Shown here piece by piece: positions 1 through 9,956 of a stretch of DNA of 64,000 bases (position 1 is its first letter; each line of letters opens with the position of its first letter). This DNA comes from Polyangiaceae bacterium (GTDB lineage Bacteria; Myxococcota_A; Polyangia; Polyangiales; Polyangiaceae), in the NCBI GenBank assembly GCA_035063585.1, contig JAPSGB010000012.1, forward strand, positions 1 through 64,000, written 5' to 3'. Made by a program: the position numbers and the translations under genes. The notes under the pieces were generated by a model, which worked only from the letters and a program-made list of their open reading frames with translations, was not told where the DNA came from and made no database searches.

Positions 1-153
1 TCGCTCAACGCCGGCTTCGCGGGGCGCGGGCGCGCGCGCGCCGCGCTCGGCCGCGCGGACGAAGCGCGGGCGGATCTCGCGCGGTGCGTCGAGCTCGACG
101 CGCGGAGCCCGACCGGGAAAGATTGCGCCGCCACCCTCGACAAACTCAAGTAG
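1..153 (+). CDS. 3' end of TPR protein, possibly PilF/Tgl-like pilotin (partial)
   Basis: Frame +1 is open from base 1: SLNAGFAGRGRARAALGRADEARADLARCVELDARSPTGKDCAATLDKLK*. TPR-like helices; it lies directly upstream of a RodZ-like gene (pilF-rodZ synteny is common). Confidence 0.55.
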   Translation, partial: SLNAGFAGRGRARAALGRADEARADLARCVELDARSPTGKDCAATLDKLK

Positions 154-167
154 GCTCGGGCGCGCGC

Positions 168-638
168 ATGGAGACGGTCGGGCAATACCTGCGACGGCAG
201 CGCGAAGAGCGCCGGATGAGCGTCGAGGAGATCTCTCGCGCGACACGGGTCCCGATGTCGAGCGTCGAGCGGATCGAGGCCGATCAATTCGACGAGCTGC
301 CGGGCGAGGTGTTCGTCCGCGGATTCCTGAAGTCCTACGCGCGCAGCCTCGGCGTCGAGCCGGACGAGGTGCTCGCGCGCTATACCGCCAGCCGGCGCGT
401 GGCCTGGGTCACTCCGCTGCCCATCTCGAGTCCGACCAAGCAGGGTCGCAGCCGCCGCGTGGGGGTCGCCATCGCGTTCGTGCTCTTGCTCATCCTGTTC
501 ACGCTCGCGCTCAGCATCGTGCTCAAACCGCGCGGCGACGACATGCCGCAGGAGCTGTCATGGCGACGCACATCACCCGTGCCTTGCTGCTCCGTCGCGT
601 CGCCTACGGCGAGTCGGACCTCGTCGTCACGCTCCTGA
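168..638 (+). CDS. RodZ-like HTH (HTH_25) membrane protein
   Basis: METVGQYLRRQREERRMSVEEIS...LPGEVFVRGFLKSYARSLG followed by one TM helix. Start set at ATG 168; the 3' end overlaps recO. Confidence 0.8.
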   Translation: METVGQYLRRQREERRMSVEEISRATRVPMSSVERIEADQFDELPGEVFVRGFLKSYARSLGVEPDEVLARYTASRRVAWVTPLPISSPTKQGRSRRVGVAIAFVLLLILFTLALSIVLKPRGDDMPQELSWRRTSPVPCCSVASPTASRTSSSRS

Positions 639-1246
639 CCGAGTCGCACGGGCGCGTCTCGGCGCTCGCGCGCGGCGCGCGCCGGAGCGCCAAGCGGTTC
701 GGCGGCGCGCTCGAGTCGATGCACACGCTCCGCGTGCGGCTCGAGGAGCGCCCGCGCGCCGAGCTCATGACGCTCGCCGAGTCGACGCTCGCGCAGCCGC
801 GCCGCCGGCTCACCGGCGAGCTCGAGCGAATGGAGGTCGCCGGGCGCGCGCTCGGCTGGGTGCGTCGCGCCGCTCCGCCGCGCACGCCCGAGCCCGAGGT
901 ATGGCGCATCACGAGCGAGCTGCTCGAGCGCCTCGATGATCCGGGCGACGCGCGCTCGCCCCGCCTGCACCTCGCCGAGGCGGGGCTCCGGTTGCTGGGC
1001 GCGCTCGGGTGGGGGCTCGAGCTCGAGCGCTGCGTGGGCTGCGGGCGCACCTGCGAGCCGGGACGCCGCGCGATGCTCGATCCTCGGCGCGGAGGCCTGG
1101 TGTGTCGCGCCTGCGGCGGCGCGCGCCTGCTCGTGGGCGGCGCGCGCCGCGCGCGGCTCGCCGCGCCTGCGCTCGAGGCCGATGACGTCGAGCTCGCGCT
1201 CGAGCTGGTCGAGCAGGCGCTCAAGGTCCACGGCGACATCGAGTGA
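560..1246 (+). CDS. recO: DNA repair protein RecO
   Basis: ALLLRRVAYGESDLVVTLLTESHGRVSALARGARRSAKRFGGALE N-terminus and a CxxC...CxxC zinc finger (CVGC, CRAC). Confidence 0.93.
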   Translation: MATHITRALLLRRVAYGESDLVVTLLTESHGRVSALARGARRSAKRFGGALESMHTLRVRLEERPRAELMTLAESTLAQPRRRLTGELERMEVAGRALGWVRRAAPPRTPEPEVWRITSELLERLDDPGDARSPRLHLAEAGLRLLGALGWGLELERCVGCGRTCEPGRRAMLDPRRGGLVCRACGGARLLVGGARRARLAAPALEADDVELALELVEQALKVHGDIE

Positions 1247-1270
1247 GGCGCGGCCCCTCGGCCTCGCGCG

Positions 1271-2944
1271 CTACTTGCCGCGCGACGCCTTGCAGCAGCG
1301 AAACCCGGTCTGCACCCCCGCGTAGAGCTGGCTGTGGTTCGAGGTCGCCGCGCGGCAGCGGTTGCGCCCCATGAACCACCACCCGCCGCGCAGGATCGAC
1401 GGATAGGGCTGCCCGCCCGGGCGCGTGGTCCACTCGTCGACGTTGCCGACCAGGTTGTAGACGCCGAACGGGCTCACGCAGCCGGGGAGCGCGTCGCGCT
1501 TCACGCGATGATCGATGAAGTCGTCGCGCGCGCGCACCAGCTCGAGCTCCGGGATGTCGTGGTGACAGCGCTCGGCGTCACGCGTGTAGCCGTAAGGGTA
1601 GGGGACCGCCTCCTCGCCCTCGCAGGCGAACTCCCACTCCTCCTCGACGCAGAGTCGCTTCCCCATGCGGCTGCAGAGCAGGCCTGCCTCGGTCCAGTTC
1701 ACGTGCGTGAGCGGGTAGTCGTAGCCCTCCGGCGTGAACTCGTAGCGATCGATGCAGTAATCCATCGGCGTGCGCGCTGCGCTCCGGCACACCGTGGGCT
1801 CTGCGAACCGCGCGCACGAGGTAAGCTGGCCCGCTTGTCGGTGCGGCAGCCACTCGAGGCAGCGCTCCACCACGTCGGGGCAGCGTCCGCCCTGCACCCG
1901 CACCATGTCGATCGGGCAGGCGGCATCGGCGGGCTCGTACGCGGGCGGCGCCACCTCCGGCAAGCGCCCGCGCGCGTTCTCGAAGCTCCGCATCCCCTCC
2001 GGATCGCGCGAGCTGCCGTCCTTCGGCGGCGCGGGCGGCCGGTACGCCGCGAGCCTCGCCTCGGCGTGCTCGGCGACGAAGCTCGCGAGCTTGCCGGGGT
2101 CGGGCTTCGCGCAGCAGCGAAACCCGGTCGTGAAATCGCTGTACTGGTCGCCGTGCCCGTCGGTGACGTAGGCGCAGCCGAGCCCGTGCTTCACGCCGTC
2201 GAGGTAGTGCCCGCCCATCATGAACGGGCGCGGTTTCGCCCCGCGCGTCCACTCGAGCAGGTTGCCGTAGAGATCGTGCACGCCCTCGGGAGTCACGCAG
2301 CCCGCGAACTCGCCGGTCCTCGCGAGGGTGTCGGGCTGCTGGTTCAAGAGCGGGCTGTTCAGCGAGAGCGCGTCGAAGCGGGGCGTGCCGAACACCGGGA
2401 CCGTCGGGTGCAGCGTCCGTTCGGTGTTGCAGAGCGCCTTCTGGCGCTGCATCCCGTACGGATAAGGCCGCTTCGGACCCTTCGCGCCGCTGCACGCCGT
2501 CATCCACTCCTCCGTGGTGCAGAGCGTCTTGCCGGCGCGCCCGCAGGCCGCCTCGGCCTGCTCCTCGCCGATGTACGCCTGCGGCACCACGCCGGCGCGG
2601 CTCACCGCCTTCACCGGCGTCGCCTTCACCCGGTGATACGGCGAGTGAAGGGTCCCGTCGGGGTTCTCGGTCGCCGCCTCCCACTTGTCGATGCAGAACT
2701 TCTCGCCGATGAGCGCCATCCCGTCCGGGCAGGGGCTCGCGACCGCGACCGCGGCCGGAGCGAGGATGGTGGGCTCATGCGTCGCGGCCGGCGTCGCGGC
2801 GACCGCGCGCGTCATTGGCGCCGCGCTCGCGCTCGGCCCCGCCGGCGCGTCCAGGGCGCTCCGTCGCTCACAAGCTGCTGCCACCGCGACCACCCCGAGC
2901 GCCAGGGTGCTCGCGACGCGAGCCATCGGCGCGTGCTGAGACAT
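1271..2944 (-). CDS. lipoprotein with two SUMF1/FGE-sulfatase-like domains
   Basis: Lipobox AAAC. Two repeats of CIDxxE...LCxxEEW...YPYG...GNxxEW...GFRCC. Confidence 0.85.
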   Translation of the reverse strand: MSQHAPMARVASTLALGVVAVAAACERRSALDAPAGPSASAAPMTRAVAATPAATHEPTILAPAAVAVASPCPDGMALIGEKFCIDKWEAATENPDGTLHSPYHRVKATPVKAVSRAGVVPQAYIGEEQAEAACGRAGKTLCTTEEWMTACSGAKGPKRPYPYGMQRQKALCNTERTLHPTVPVFGTPRFDALSLNSPLLNQQPDTLARTGEFAGCVTPEGVHDLYGNLLEWTRGAKPRPFMMGGHYLDGVKHGLGCAYVTDGHGDQYSDFTTGFRCCAKPDPGKLASFVAEHAEARLAAYRPPAPPKDGSSRDPEGMRSFENARGRLPEVAPPAYEPADAACPIDMVRVQGGRCPDVVERCLEWLPHRQAGQLTSCARFAEPTVCRSAARTPMDYCIDRYEFTPEGYDYPLTHVNWTEAGLLCSRMGKRLCVEEEWEFACEGEEAVPYPYGYTRDAERCHHDIPELELVRARDDFIDHRVKRDALPGCVSPFGVYNLVGNVDEWTTRPGGQPYPSILRGGWWFMGRNRCRAATSNHSQLYAGVQTGFRCCKASRGK

Positions 2945-3034
2945 TCCGAGCCCAAGCCTCGCTCGCGCTCGAGGAAATCGCCAGTATTCGGCGAATGAGC
3001 TCCTGCTTACTTCGCGATCCTGGAGCAGGGCAGC

Positions 3035-4573
3035 TCAGAACGCGAGCGCGCCTTCCGCGGTTCCCTTCGCGCCGGCGTGCGCGGTGCCGCCGGTACCGTC
3101 GACGCCGCCGCTACCCGCGTCGTCGTGGTCGAGCGAGGTCGCGCCGCTGATGGTCGGGATGGTCCCCCGATAGGCGATGGCGAGTGAGTGCCCGCCCGCG
3201 CCGCCGCCGCCCGGTCCGCCGCTGCCCCCCTCACCGCCGTAGCCGCCGTCACAGCCGCTCGGCGTGTTGGCGCTGGAGCCCCGACCACCGCGGCCCGGCA
3301 GGCCGGATGCCCCTCCACTCTGTCCGGCGGCGCCGGCGCCGCCCGCGCCGCCTCTGCCTGCCTGGAGCGTGCTCGCCTCGAGCGTCATCGAGGAGGCGAG
3401 TGAGACGAGCGCGATGCTCGAGCCTCCCGCCCCGCCGCCCGGCCCTCCCAGCCCGCCGCAGCCGCCGCCCCCGCCGCCCCCGCCGGCCGCCCCATACCGG
3501 CTGAGGACTACGACGCAACTGAGGGCGCCCGCCGCCTTCGCGCCGCCGCCCCCGCCGCCGCCCTGCCCGGGGTTCCCCGCGCCCCCGGCCTCGCCGGCCT
3601 CGCCCTCGTAGCCGCTCGCGTCGAGCGTGCCGGGTGCGCTGCCGCCCGCTCCCGCTCTACCCGACTCGCCGTGCTGGCCGTTCTCTCCTTTGCCGGTGCT
3701 CGCGCAGCTCCAGCTCGCGTTCGTCTCGCCGATCCCCGGGTCACCGGCCCCGAGCGCCGGCTGGCCCGCGCTGCCGTTACCACCCGACTCGGCGTTCTTG
3801 CCGCCGTCCCCTCCCTTGCCCCCGCTCGAGCCCGGGCTCGAGCCGCACAGGGTGATGACCGCTGGCAGCCCTGGGTTGGCGTCCGAGCACTTCCCGTCGG
3901 GGCCGCTGCCGCCGGTGGCGCCGGCGGGCGCCACGTCGCTGAACACGGCCCCGGCCGCGCCGTCTCGGCCCGCACCGGCGACCAGCGTGACTCGCCGCAG
4001 CGTGACGTTCGACGAGTCGGAGACGATGGCAGCGATGCTGCTCGCGCCGTGCTGGGCCGCGGCCTCGCTCTCGAACCTGACGCTCTCGATGCGGAGCGAG
4101 TCGAGCCCGACCGCGCGGAGCGACGGCTGCGCGTCTCCGCTGCGGACGACGGTAGGCTCGTCGGCCCAGCTCCACGTGCCACAGTCGAACCCGCCCGCGA
4201 CGAAGAGCCCGCTGTCGCTCGCGTCGAGCGTGAGCGTCTCCGGGTAGGTTCCGCCGCAGACGAACACGGGCTTCTTGGCGCTTCGCGCCGCCGTGACCGC
4301 GGCGCCGAGCGAGGCGAGCGGCCGGGCTCGCGTGCCCGGGTTTCCGTCGTCGCCGCCCTTGCCGTCGACGAAGAGCCCGTCGTCGTCGCTCGGCGTGCAC
4401 GGCGTCGTGCCGGAGGAGCTCGTCGGAGCGCACCCGCCGCCGGCCGCGCCTCCCTCATCCCCGCCTCCGTTCGCGCCGTACGTGCTGCCGGTGAAGCGCT
4501 CCGAGCTGCAGGCCGCAAGGGTGGTGGCCGCTCCGGCGAGCCCGAGGCCGGCGGCGAAGAAGACAAGGCGCAT
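3035..4573 (-). CDS. Gly-rich PGRS-like surface lipoprotein (DUF1565-like N-terminal region)
   Basis: Lipobox LAAC; LFVDGKGGDDGNPGTRARPLASL motif; long GGxGGxG tracts. Confidence 0.75.
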   Translation of the reverse strand: MRLVFFAAGLGLAGAATTLAACSSERFTGSTYGANGGGDEGGAAGGGCAPTSSSGTTPCTPSDDDGLFVDGKGGDDGNPGTRARPLASLGAAVTAARSAKKPVFVCGGTYPETLTLDASDSGLFVAGGFDCGTWSWADEPTVVRSGDAQPSLRAVGLDSLRIESVRFESEAAAQHGASSIAAIVSDSSNVTLRRVTLVAGAGRDGAAGAVFSDVAPAGATGGSGPDGKCSDANPGLPAVITLCGSSPGSSGGKGGDGGKNAESGGNGSAGQPALGAGDPGIGETNASWSCASTGKGENGQHGESGRAGAGGSAPGTLDASGYEGEAGEAGGAGNPGQGGGGGGGAKAAGALSCVVVLSRYGAAGGGGGGGGCGGLGGPGGGAGGSSIALVSLASSMTLEASTLQAGRGGAGGAGAAGQSGGASGLPGRGGRGSSANTPSGCDGGYGGEGGSGGPGGGGAGGHSLAIAYRGTIPTISGATSLDHDDAGSGGVDGTGGTAHAGAKGTAEGALAF

Positions 4574-4662
4574 CTAGCACAGCATTACGTCAGCCCGCGT
4601 CTCGCGCAAGGCGAGACGCGGGCCGCCGATCTCGCTCGGCGTGGTATGAGCCGCGGGCCCCG

Positions 4663-7407
4663 ATGCGCCTCGCCATTGTCGTCTCGACCTCCTCGGATCG
4701 CGGCTCGCGCCGCGGAGCCCTCGCCCCGTCGTCGGTCGCCGCGCGGCTCGTGAGCGACCGTCTCGCCGAGCCGGATGCCGGGTTCGTGGTCGAGTCGCTC
4801 GAGCTCGCGCGCGGGCTCGAGGGGCGCGTGGAGGCCGTGCTCGCGAGGCACGCGGCAGGGCCCGAGCCGCTCACGCTGCTCTTCTACTTCGCCGGCCGCG
4901 CCGCGCTGGATGACGACGGCGCGCTCGCGCTCCTCGCGGGAGCCGAGCGGCTCGAGGAGAGCCCGCTCGCGCCCGTCGCTCGTGCGCTCGCGCGCGCGAG
5001 CGACACCGGGCTCGTCATCCTCGAACTGGCTCACGAGCCCGTCCCGGACGACCCCACCGCCTCGCTCTCGGTGGTCGCCTCGGCGCGCGAAGCGGTGGCG
5101 GCCGGGGGCGAGCTCGCGCTGCTCGTCGGCGCGCGCCCGAACGAGCCGGGGGGCGAGGGGGGCGCCTCGCGCTTCACGCGCCTCGTGCTCTCTGCGCTCG
5201 ACGAGCTCGCGGCGCGCTCTCCGCGCGGAGGGAGCTCGGCGGTCGAGCTCTACGACGCGATGCGCCGAGACGAGGCGCGGTTCTTCGAGCTCCCGGGGCT
5301 CGGGTTCTTCAAGGGCGCGCGCGAGTTCCCGGTGCTTGCGCGCGCGGGCGTGCCCGCCGAAAATACGCTGGCGGCCGCTCCGTCCACGCTGAGGAGCCCG
5401 AGCGGACGCGCGGACGCCGCGCCGTCCGCGGCGGGCCCCGCGCCGCGCGTGAGCTCGGGCTCGGCGGAGCTCGCCCGGTCGGGTGACGCCCACGCTGCCG
5501 CGGGGCGCCACGACGACGCCATCGCCGACTACAAGCGCGCGCTCTTCATGCTCGGCTCGAAGCGCGGTGTCGAGCACGCCTCGCTCTACGTGAAGATCGG
5601 CGACGCCAAGCGCGCGCTCGGCAAGAGCGCCGAGGCCATCCACAATTACGACAAGGCGCTCGGGATCGAGCCCGCGCTCGAGCCCGCGTTCGAGGCGGCG
5701 TGCGAGCTCATCGAGGCCGCGCGGGACTGGGACCACCTCGAGCGCTTCCATCAGCGGCGCCTGCAGTCGCTCGACTCACCGACCGAGCGCGCGGCGGTGT
5801 GGGTGGGGCTCGGGCAGCGCTGGCTCGACGACGCGAGCGATCCGGAGCGCGCGGCCCGAGCCTTCGAGCGGGCGCTCACCCAGGACCCGGCGGATGGGAG
5901 CGCGCTCGAGGGGATGGCGCGCGCGAACACCGCGCTCGGTCGCCACGCCGCCGCCAACACCATGCGGCGTCGATGGGCGAGCGCGCTCGCGGAGCAACCA
6001 GCGCGTCGCGCGGCGGTGCTCGTCGAGGCGGCGCGCGTCGCCCACGCGGAGCTCCGCCAGCCGGAGGAGGCCATCGAGCTCGGCCGGCAGGCGCTCGAGA
6101 GCGAGCCTACCGCGCTCGTCGCGCTCGAGCTCGTCGCGCCGCTGCTCGACGAGCGCCGGCGCTGGGGCGAGCTCGCCGAGCTCTACGAGCTCGCGCTCGG
6201 AAGCGTCACCGAGCCCGCGGTCGAGCGCGAGCTCGCGCTTCGGCTCGGCGTGCTGCGCCGTGATCGGCTCGGCGAGCGCGAGCGCGCGCTCGCCTCGTTC
6301 GAGCGCGCGCTCGCGCTCACCCCGGACGACACCGCGCTCTTCCTCGAGGCGGCCGAGCTCCACCGCGCCGGGGGCGACGTGGAGGGCGAGCTCACGCTCG
6401 CTCGACGGGTGGCGCCCGCCCAGCCGGTCACCGCGGCGTTCTACCGCCGGGCGCTGGACATCTTCGAGCGCGCGGGCGAGCCCGACGCCGCGTGGTCTGC
6501 CGCCAGCGTGCTCGAGCTCATCGGCGAGGCGGACATCAACGAGTCGCTGCTCGTCGCCGAGCACCGGCCGGAGGGGCTCATCGCGGCCCGCGAGCCGCTC
6601 GACGAGCGCGCGTGGTCCGAGGGGCTGTTCTTCCCTGAGCGTGATCGCGAGCTCGCCGCGGTGCTCGGCGCGGTCGCCGAGGCGGCCGTCGCGGTGCAGA
6701 TCGCCGCGCTGCGCGAGCAGGGCAAGCTACCCGCGCTCGATCCGGCGGCGCGGCAGGAGCCCGAAAAGAGCACCCTTACCATCGTTCGCAGCTTGGTATG
6801 GACGAGCCGCCTGCTCGGCTTGCCGATGCCGGCCCTCTATGTGCTGAAGGACACCGCGAGCGAGCTCGGCGTGGTCCCGGCGCTCGAGCCTACGGCGGTG
6901 GCCAGCCGGACCGTCGCGAGCGGGCTCGAGCTCGCTGATCTCGCGTTCCTCTGGGGCCGGCACCTCACCTGCTTCCGCTCCGAGTTCTCGTTGCTCGTCT
7001 TCTACCCGACGCTTCGCGAGCTCGGCTCGCTGCTGCTCGCGGCGCTGACGCTCTCCGGCGCGCAAGAGGAGGCGGCGTCGCTCGGCGGCGAGGTGGTGCG
7101 CCTCACCGGGGTCCTCGACGCGGCGCTCGGCGACGCGGCGCGCTCCCGACTCAGCGAGGCGGCCGCGCGGTTCGAGCCGAAGAACACCCGCAAGCGCATC
7201 GAGCGCTGGGCGCGCTCCGTGCACCTGGTCGGCGCGCGCGCGGGGCTCCTCGCGTGCGGCGATCTCGGGCGCGCCGCCGCGCTGGTGCGCCGCTTCCCGG
7301 GCGCGGGCGGGCTCAGCGTGGAGGCGCAGCTCGACGATCTGGCTGCCTGGTCGATCGGGGCGGAGCACGCCGAGCTGCGCCGCCGCCTCGGGATCGCGCT
7401 CGGCTGA
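4663..7407 (+). CDS. large TPR protein with degenerate caspase-like N-terminal and M48-like C-terminal regions
   Basis: 914 aa. Central TPRs (LYVKIGDAKRALGKSAEAIHNYDKAL). N-terminus has LLFYFAGRA and LVILELAH; C-terminus has LAFLWGRHL...RAGLLACGD. Confidence 0.75.
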   Translation: MRLAIVVSTSSDRGSRRGALAPSSVAARLVSDRLAEPDAGFVVESLELARGLEGRVEAVLARHAAGPEPLTLLFYFAGRAALDDDGALALLAGAERLEESPLAPVARALARASDTGLVILELAHEPVPDDPTASLSVVASAREAVAAGGELALLVGARPNEPGGEGGASRFTRLVLSALDELAARSPRGGSSAVELYDAMRRDEARFFELPGLGFFKGAREFPVLARAGVPAENTLAAAPSTLRSPSGRADAAPSAAGPAPRVSSGSAELARSGDAHAAAGRHDDAIADYKRALFMLGSKRGVEHASLYVKIGDAKRALGKSAEAIHNYDKALGIEPALEPAFEAACELIEAARDWDHLERFHQRRLQSLDSPTERAAVWVGLGQRWLDDASDPERAARAFERALTQDPADGSALEGMARANTALGRHAAANTMRRRWASALAEQPARRAAVLVEAARVAHAELRQPEEAIELGRQALESEPTALVALELVAPLLDERRRWGELAELYELALGSVTEPAVERELALRLGVLRRDRLGERERALASFERALALTPDDTALFLEAAELHRAGGDVEGELTLARRVAPAQPVTAAFYRRALDIFERAGEPDAAWSAASVLELIGEADINESLLVAEHRPEGLIAAREPLDERAWSEGLFFPERDRELAAVLGAVAEAAVAVQIAALREQGKLPALDPAARQEPEKSTLTIVRSLVWTSRLLGLPMPALYVLKDTASELGVVPALEPTAVASRTVASGLELADLAFLWGRHLTCFRSEFSLLVFYPTLRELGSLLLAALTLSGAQEEAASLGGEVVRLTGVLDAALGDAARSRLSEAAARFEPKNTRKRIERWARSVHLVGARAGLLACGDLGRAAALVRRFPGAGGLSVEAQLDDLAAWSIGAEHAELRRRLGIALG

Positions 7408-7434
7408 GCCGCCGAGCCCGGCCGCCGGCGCGCG

Positions 7435-7719
7435 CTACCGCTTCGCGCACTGGTACTGGCCGACGAAATAGTAGCTGCGGTGGCACTCGACCGCGACCTC
7501 GCCAGGGTGCTTGCCCCCGACCTGGAAGCGGAAGCTCTGCGAGATCGGGCTGCGCGACAGCTGAGTCAAGGTAGCGCCGCACGGCGGGCTCTCGCAGGTG
7601 AGCGCCTCGGCCTGTGCGACCACCTCGGCGTTGTCGCCGAAGACGTTCAACAGGCCGAGCGCGGTGAGCGCGAGGAGGGCCGCGCTGAGCAGGTACCGGA
7701 GCGGGTTCTTCTCTCGCAT
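7435..7719 (-). CDS. small exported Cys-containing protein
   Basis: N-terminal hydrophobic segment and 4 Cys; follows the methyltransferase on the same strand. Confidence 0.6.
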   Translation of the reverse strand: MREKNPLRYLLSAALLALTALGLLNVFGDNAEVVAQAEALTCESPPCGATLTQLSRSPISQSFRFQVGGKHPGEVAVECHRSYYFVGQYQCAKR

Positions 7720-7726
7720 GAGCGCC

Positions 7727-8320
7727 TCAGCCGGACATCTCGAGCTCGTAGAAGGGAGGCGGCCGATCCTTCGGCCACCAGAGCCCGCAGCCGACGCTCA
7801 CCAGATGCTTGGCGAGGATCCCGCGGTAGTACGAGCCGTTGCGGACGAAGATGTCGGTGTCGGTGCGGGTGGTGTCGCAGCGCTCGCGCAGATCGGCGCG
7901 CGTGGTCACCTCGACGTAGACGAGCCCCTTGGCCATGGCCGCGATGTTGGCGACCGCCGGCGCGACGTCCGGATCGGGGAGGTACTGAAGGACGCCCTGA
8001 CACACGATGAGGTCGTACTTCTTGCGGTCCCGCCAGCGTGCGATGTCGCGGTGCTGGTAGCCGTGCTGCTTGCACATCACCTGGCTGACCTCGGTGCCGG
8101 TGTACTGGAGCCCCTTCTCATGCTTGGCGATGTACTGCTTCCACAGCCCGATGCCGGCGCCGACGTCGAGGACGCTCTTCATCTCGAGGTGGTTGTAGCG
8201 GGCGAAGGCGAACACGAACCGGCAGAGCTCCGCGTGCTCTTCCGGTGAGACGACCCGCGTCTTCAGCGCCTCGTAGAAGCGGTGGTAGTAGGCCTCGTCG
8301 AAGCGCCGGAAGCGATCCAT
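7727..8320 (-). CDS. class I SAM-dependent methyltransferase
   Basis: SVLDVGAGIG motif I and YDLIVCQGVLQYL. Start set at ATG 8320. Confidence 0.85.
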   Translation of the reverse strand: MDRFRRFDEAYYHRFYEALKTRVVSPEEHAELCRFVFAFARYNHLEMKSVLDVGAGIGLWKQYIAKHEKGLQYTGTEVSQVMCKQHGYQHRDIARWRDRKKYDLIVCQGVLQYLPDPDVAPAVANIAAMAKGLVYVEVTTRADLRERCDTTRTDTDIFVRNGSYYRGILAKHLVSVGCGLWWPKDRPPPFYELEMSG

Positions 8321-8410
8321 GCGCGGCAGTCTACCTTGATCGGGCGGGATCTCGACGCCTGCCCGCACATCTCGAGCCGAGCCCGGCCGGCTCCGGGGGG
8401 GCGCGCGGAG

Positions 8411-9829
8411 CTATTCGGTAAGATGCGGGAATCGTGGTTGTTTTCCGGCTCGGCCGGCGGCGCGGCCCGGCCCCGCGGAGGGCGACCCCGACGGCGCGGG
8501 CCCGGCCGAAGGCGCGAGGCCCGCGCTCACCGCGCTCGCCGGCGCGCCCGGCGCGGTCCGGGGGCTCGGCGCGGCGACGGATGCGCCCGCCGGCGCCCCC
8601 GCCGCGGCGCTCTGCGCGCTGGTCAGCGAGACGTACGCCACGCCGCCGCCGAGCAGCGCGAGCCCGATCGCTCCCTGGATGAGCAGCGGAGTGCGGCTGC
8701 GCGGCGGGCTCGGCGCGCTGGTCGGCGCGGGCGGCGCGCTGGTCGGCGCGGGGGGCGTGCTGCTCGGCGCGGGGGGCGTGCTGCTCGGCGCGGGGGGCGT
8801 GCTGCTCGGCGCGGGCGGCGCGCTGCTCGGCGCGGGCGGCGCGGGGAACGGCAGGGTGCCGCCTCCGCGCCGCGCGCTCGCCGGCGGGGTGAACGCTGGC
8901 ATGTCCACCTGCGTCGGCTCCGCGCGCTTGGAGGCGCGCAGGTGAGCGTACGATGGGCGCCGCCCGGCGCGGACGTCCCGGACGTCCGCGCGCATCGTCG
9001 CGGCGTCCGGGTAGCGCCACTCCTTCGAGAACGCGAGGGCGAGATCGATGATCGCGCACACGTCCGACGGGACCGCCGGCGCGACCCTGCCGAGGGGCGG
9101 CGCAGGCTTCGAGGCCATCGCCATCAAGAGCTCCGCCTCGCTCTCGGCGTCGTGGAGCTTGCGGCCGCTCGCGACCCGAAACGCGGTCGCGCCGAGCGCG
9201 AAGAGATCGGTGCGTCCGTCGAGCTCGTCGCGACGCCCGAGCGCCTGCTCGGGGGGCATGTACGGCACCGTGCCGACCGCGGTGCCGGAACGCGTCCTGA
9301 AGCTCCCCGGCAGCTCGTCGAGGAGCCTCGCCAGCCCGAAATCCAAGATCTTCACCTGCCCGTCGTCGCAGAGGAAGATATTGTCGGGCTTCAGATCGCG
9401 GTGGATGAACCCGCGCGCGTGGGCGTGCGCGAGCGCGCCGAGGACCTGTTCCATGACGTCGAGGAGCTCGGCGGTGCCGATGCCGAGCTTCACGCGATCG
9501 GCGAGGGTGCGGCCCTGGAGGAGCTCCATCACGATGTAGGCCGGTTCGTCGTCGCCGCCGCCGCCGTGCTCGAGCACCCGCACCGCGCCGGGGTGCTCGA
9601 TCTGGTTTGCGACGTACGCCTCGCGCAGGAAGCGCTCCCGGACGTCCTCGCGCAGCGCCACCTCCGGGTGCAGGAGCTTTACTGCCGCGGGGTTTCCCGC
9701 CCGGTCTCGCGCGGCGAAGACCGCAGCCATCCCGCCCGTGCCGATCAGACGCTCGAGCGCCCACTTCCCCCCGAGGACCTCGCCGAGGCGTCGGTTCGCC
9801 GCTGTCTCCTCCGCGTCCACCTCGGTCAC
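8411..9829 (-). CDS. membrane Ser/Thr protein kinase (Pkn2 type)
   Basis: IGTGGMAAV, AVK, HRDLKPDN, DFG, GTVPYMPPEQ; Pro-rich linker and one TM helix. Confidence 0.93.
   Translation of the reverse strand: MTEVDAEETAANRRLGEVLGGKWALERLIGTGGMAAVFAARDRAGNPAAVKLLHPEVALREDVRERFLREAYVANQIEHPGAVRVLEHGGGGDDEPAYIVMELLQGRTLADRVKLGIGTAELLDVMEQVLGALAHAHARGFIHRDLKPDNIFLCDDGQVKILDFGLARLLDELPGSFRTRSGTAVGTVPYMPPEQALGRRDELDGRTDLFALGATAFRVASGRKLHDAESEAELLMAMASKPAPPLGRVAPAVPSDVCAIIDLALAFSKEWRYPDAATMRADVRDVRAGRRPSYAHLRASKRAEPTQVDMPAFTPPASARRGGGTLPFPAPPAPSSAPPAPSSTPPAPSSTPPAPSSTPPAPTSAPPAPTSAPSPPRSRTPLLIQGAIGLALLGGGVAYVSLTSAQSAAAGAPAGASVAAPSPRTAPGAPASAVSAGLAPSAGPAPSGSPSAGPGRAAGRAGKQPRFPHLTE
8712..8837. repeat. 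6 x 21-bp coding tandem repeat (PPAPSST/PPAPTSA)
   Basis: Units resembling ggcgtgctgctcggcgcgggg at 21-bp period in the kinase linker. Confidence 0.85.
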
Positions 9830-9956
9830 TCTCTAGTAAAGCTCGGGCCGCGGGGGAACCCGCCGGGCGGCCTCGTCGTCGAGGCGCCCGGAGGAGTCCA
9901 TGCGCGGAAGCTACTACGCTGCCCGCGGCGTCGATGTTCCTGCTACCATCTCCGCG

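Noticed and set aside
560..638. programmed frameshift fusing the RodZ-like gene and recO
   Set aside because: recO has its own ATG with an upstream AGGAG, and no slippery site is visible. A simple overlap is sufficient.
1271..2944. DGR target (FGE/CLec fold)
   Set aside because: No reverse transcriptase or template/variable repeat pair was seen; the two domains are too diverged to be TR/VR.
3035..4573. mycobacterial PE-PGRS gene acquired by transfer
   Set aside because: It has no PE domain and carries a lipoprotein signal. Gly-rich lipoproteins like this are common in myxobacteria.
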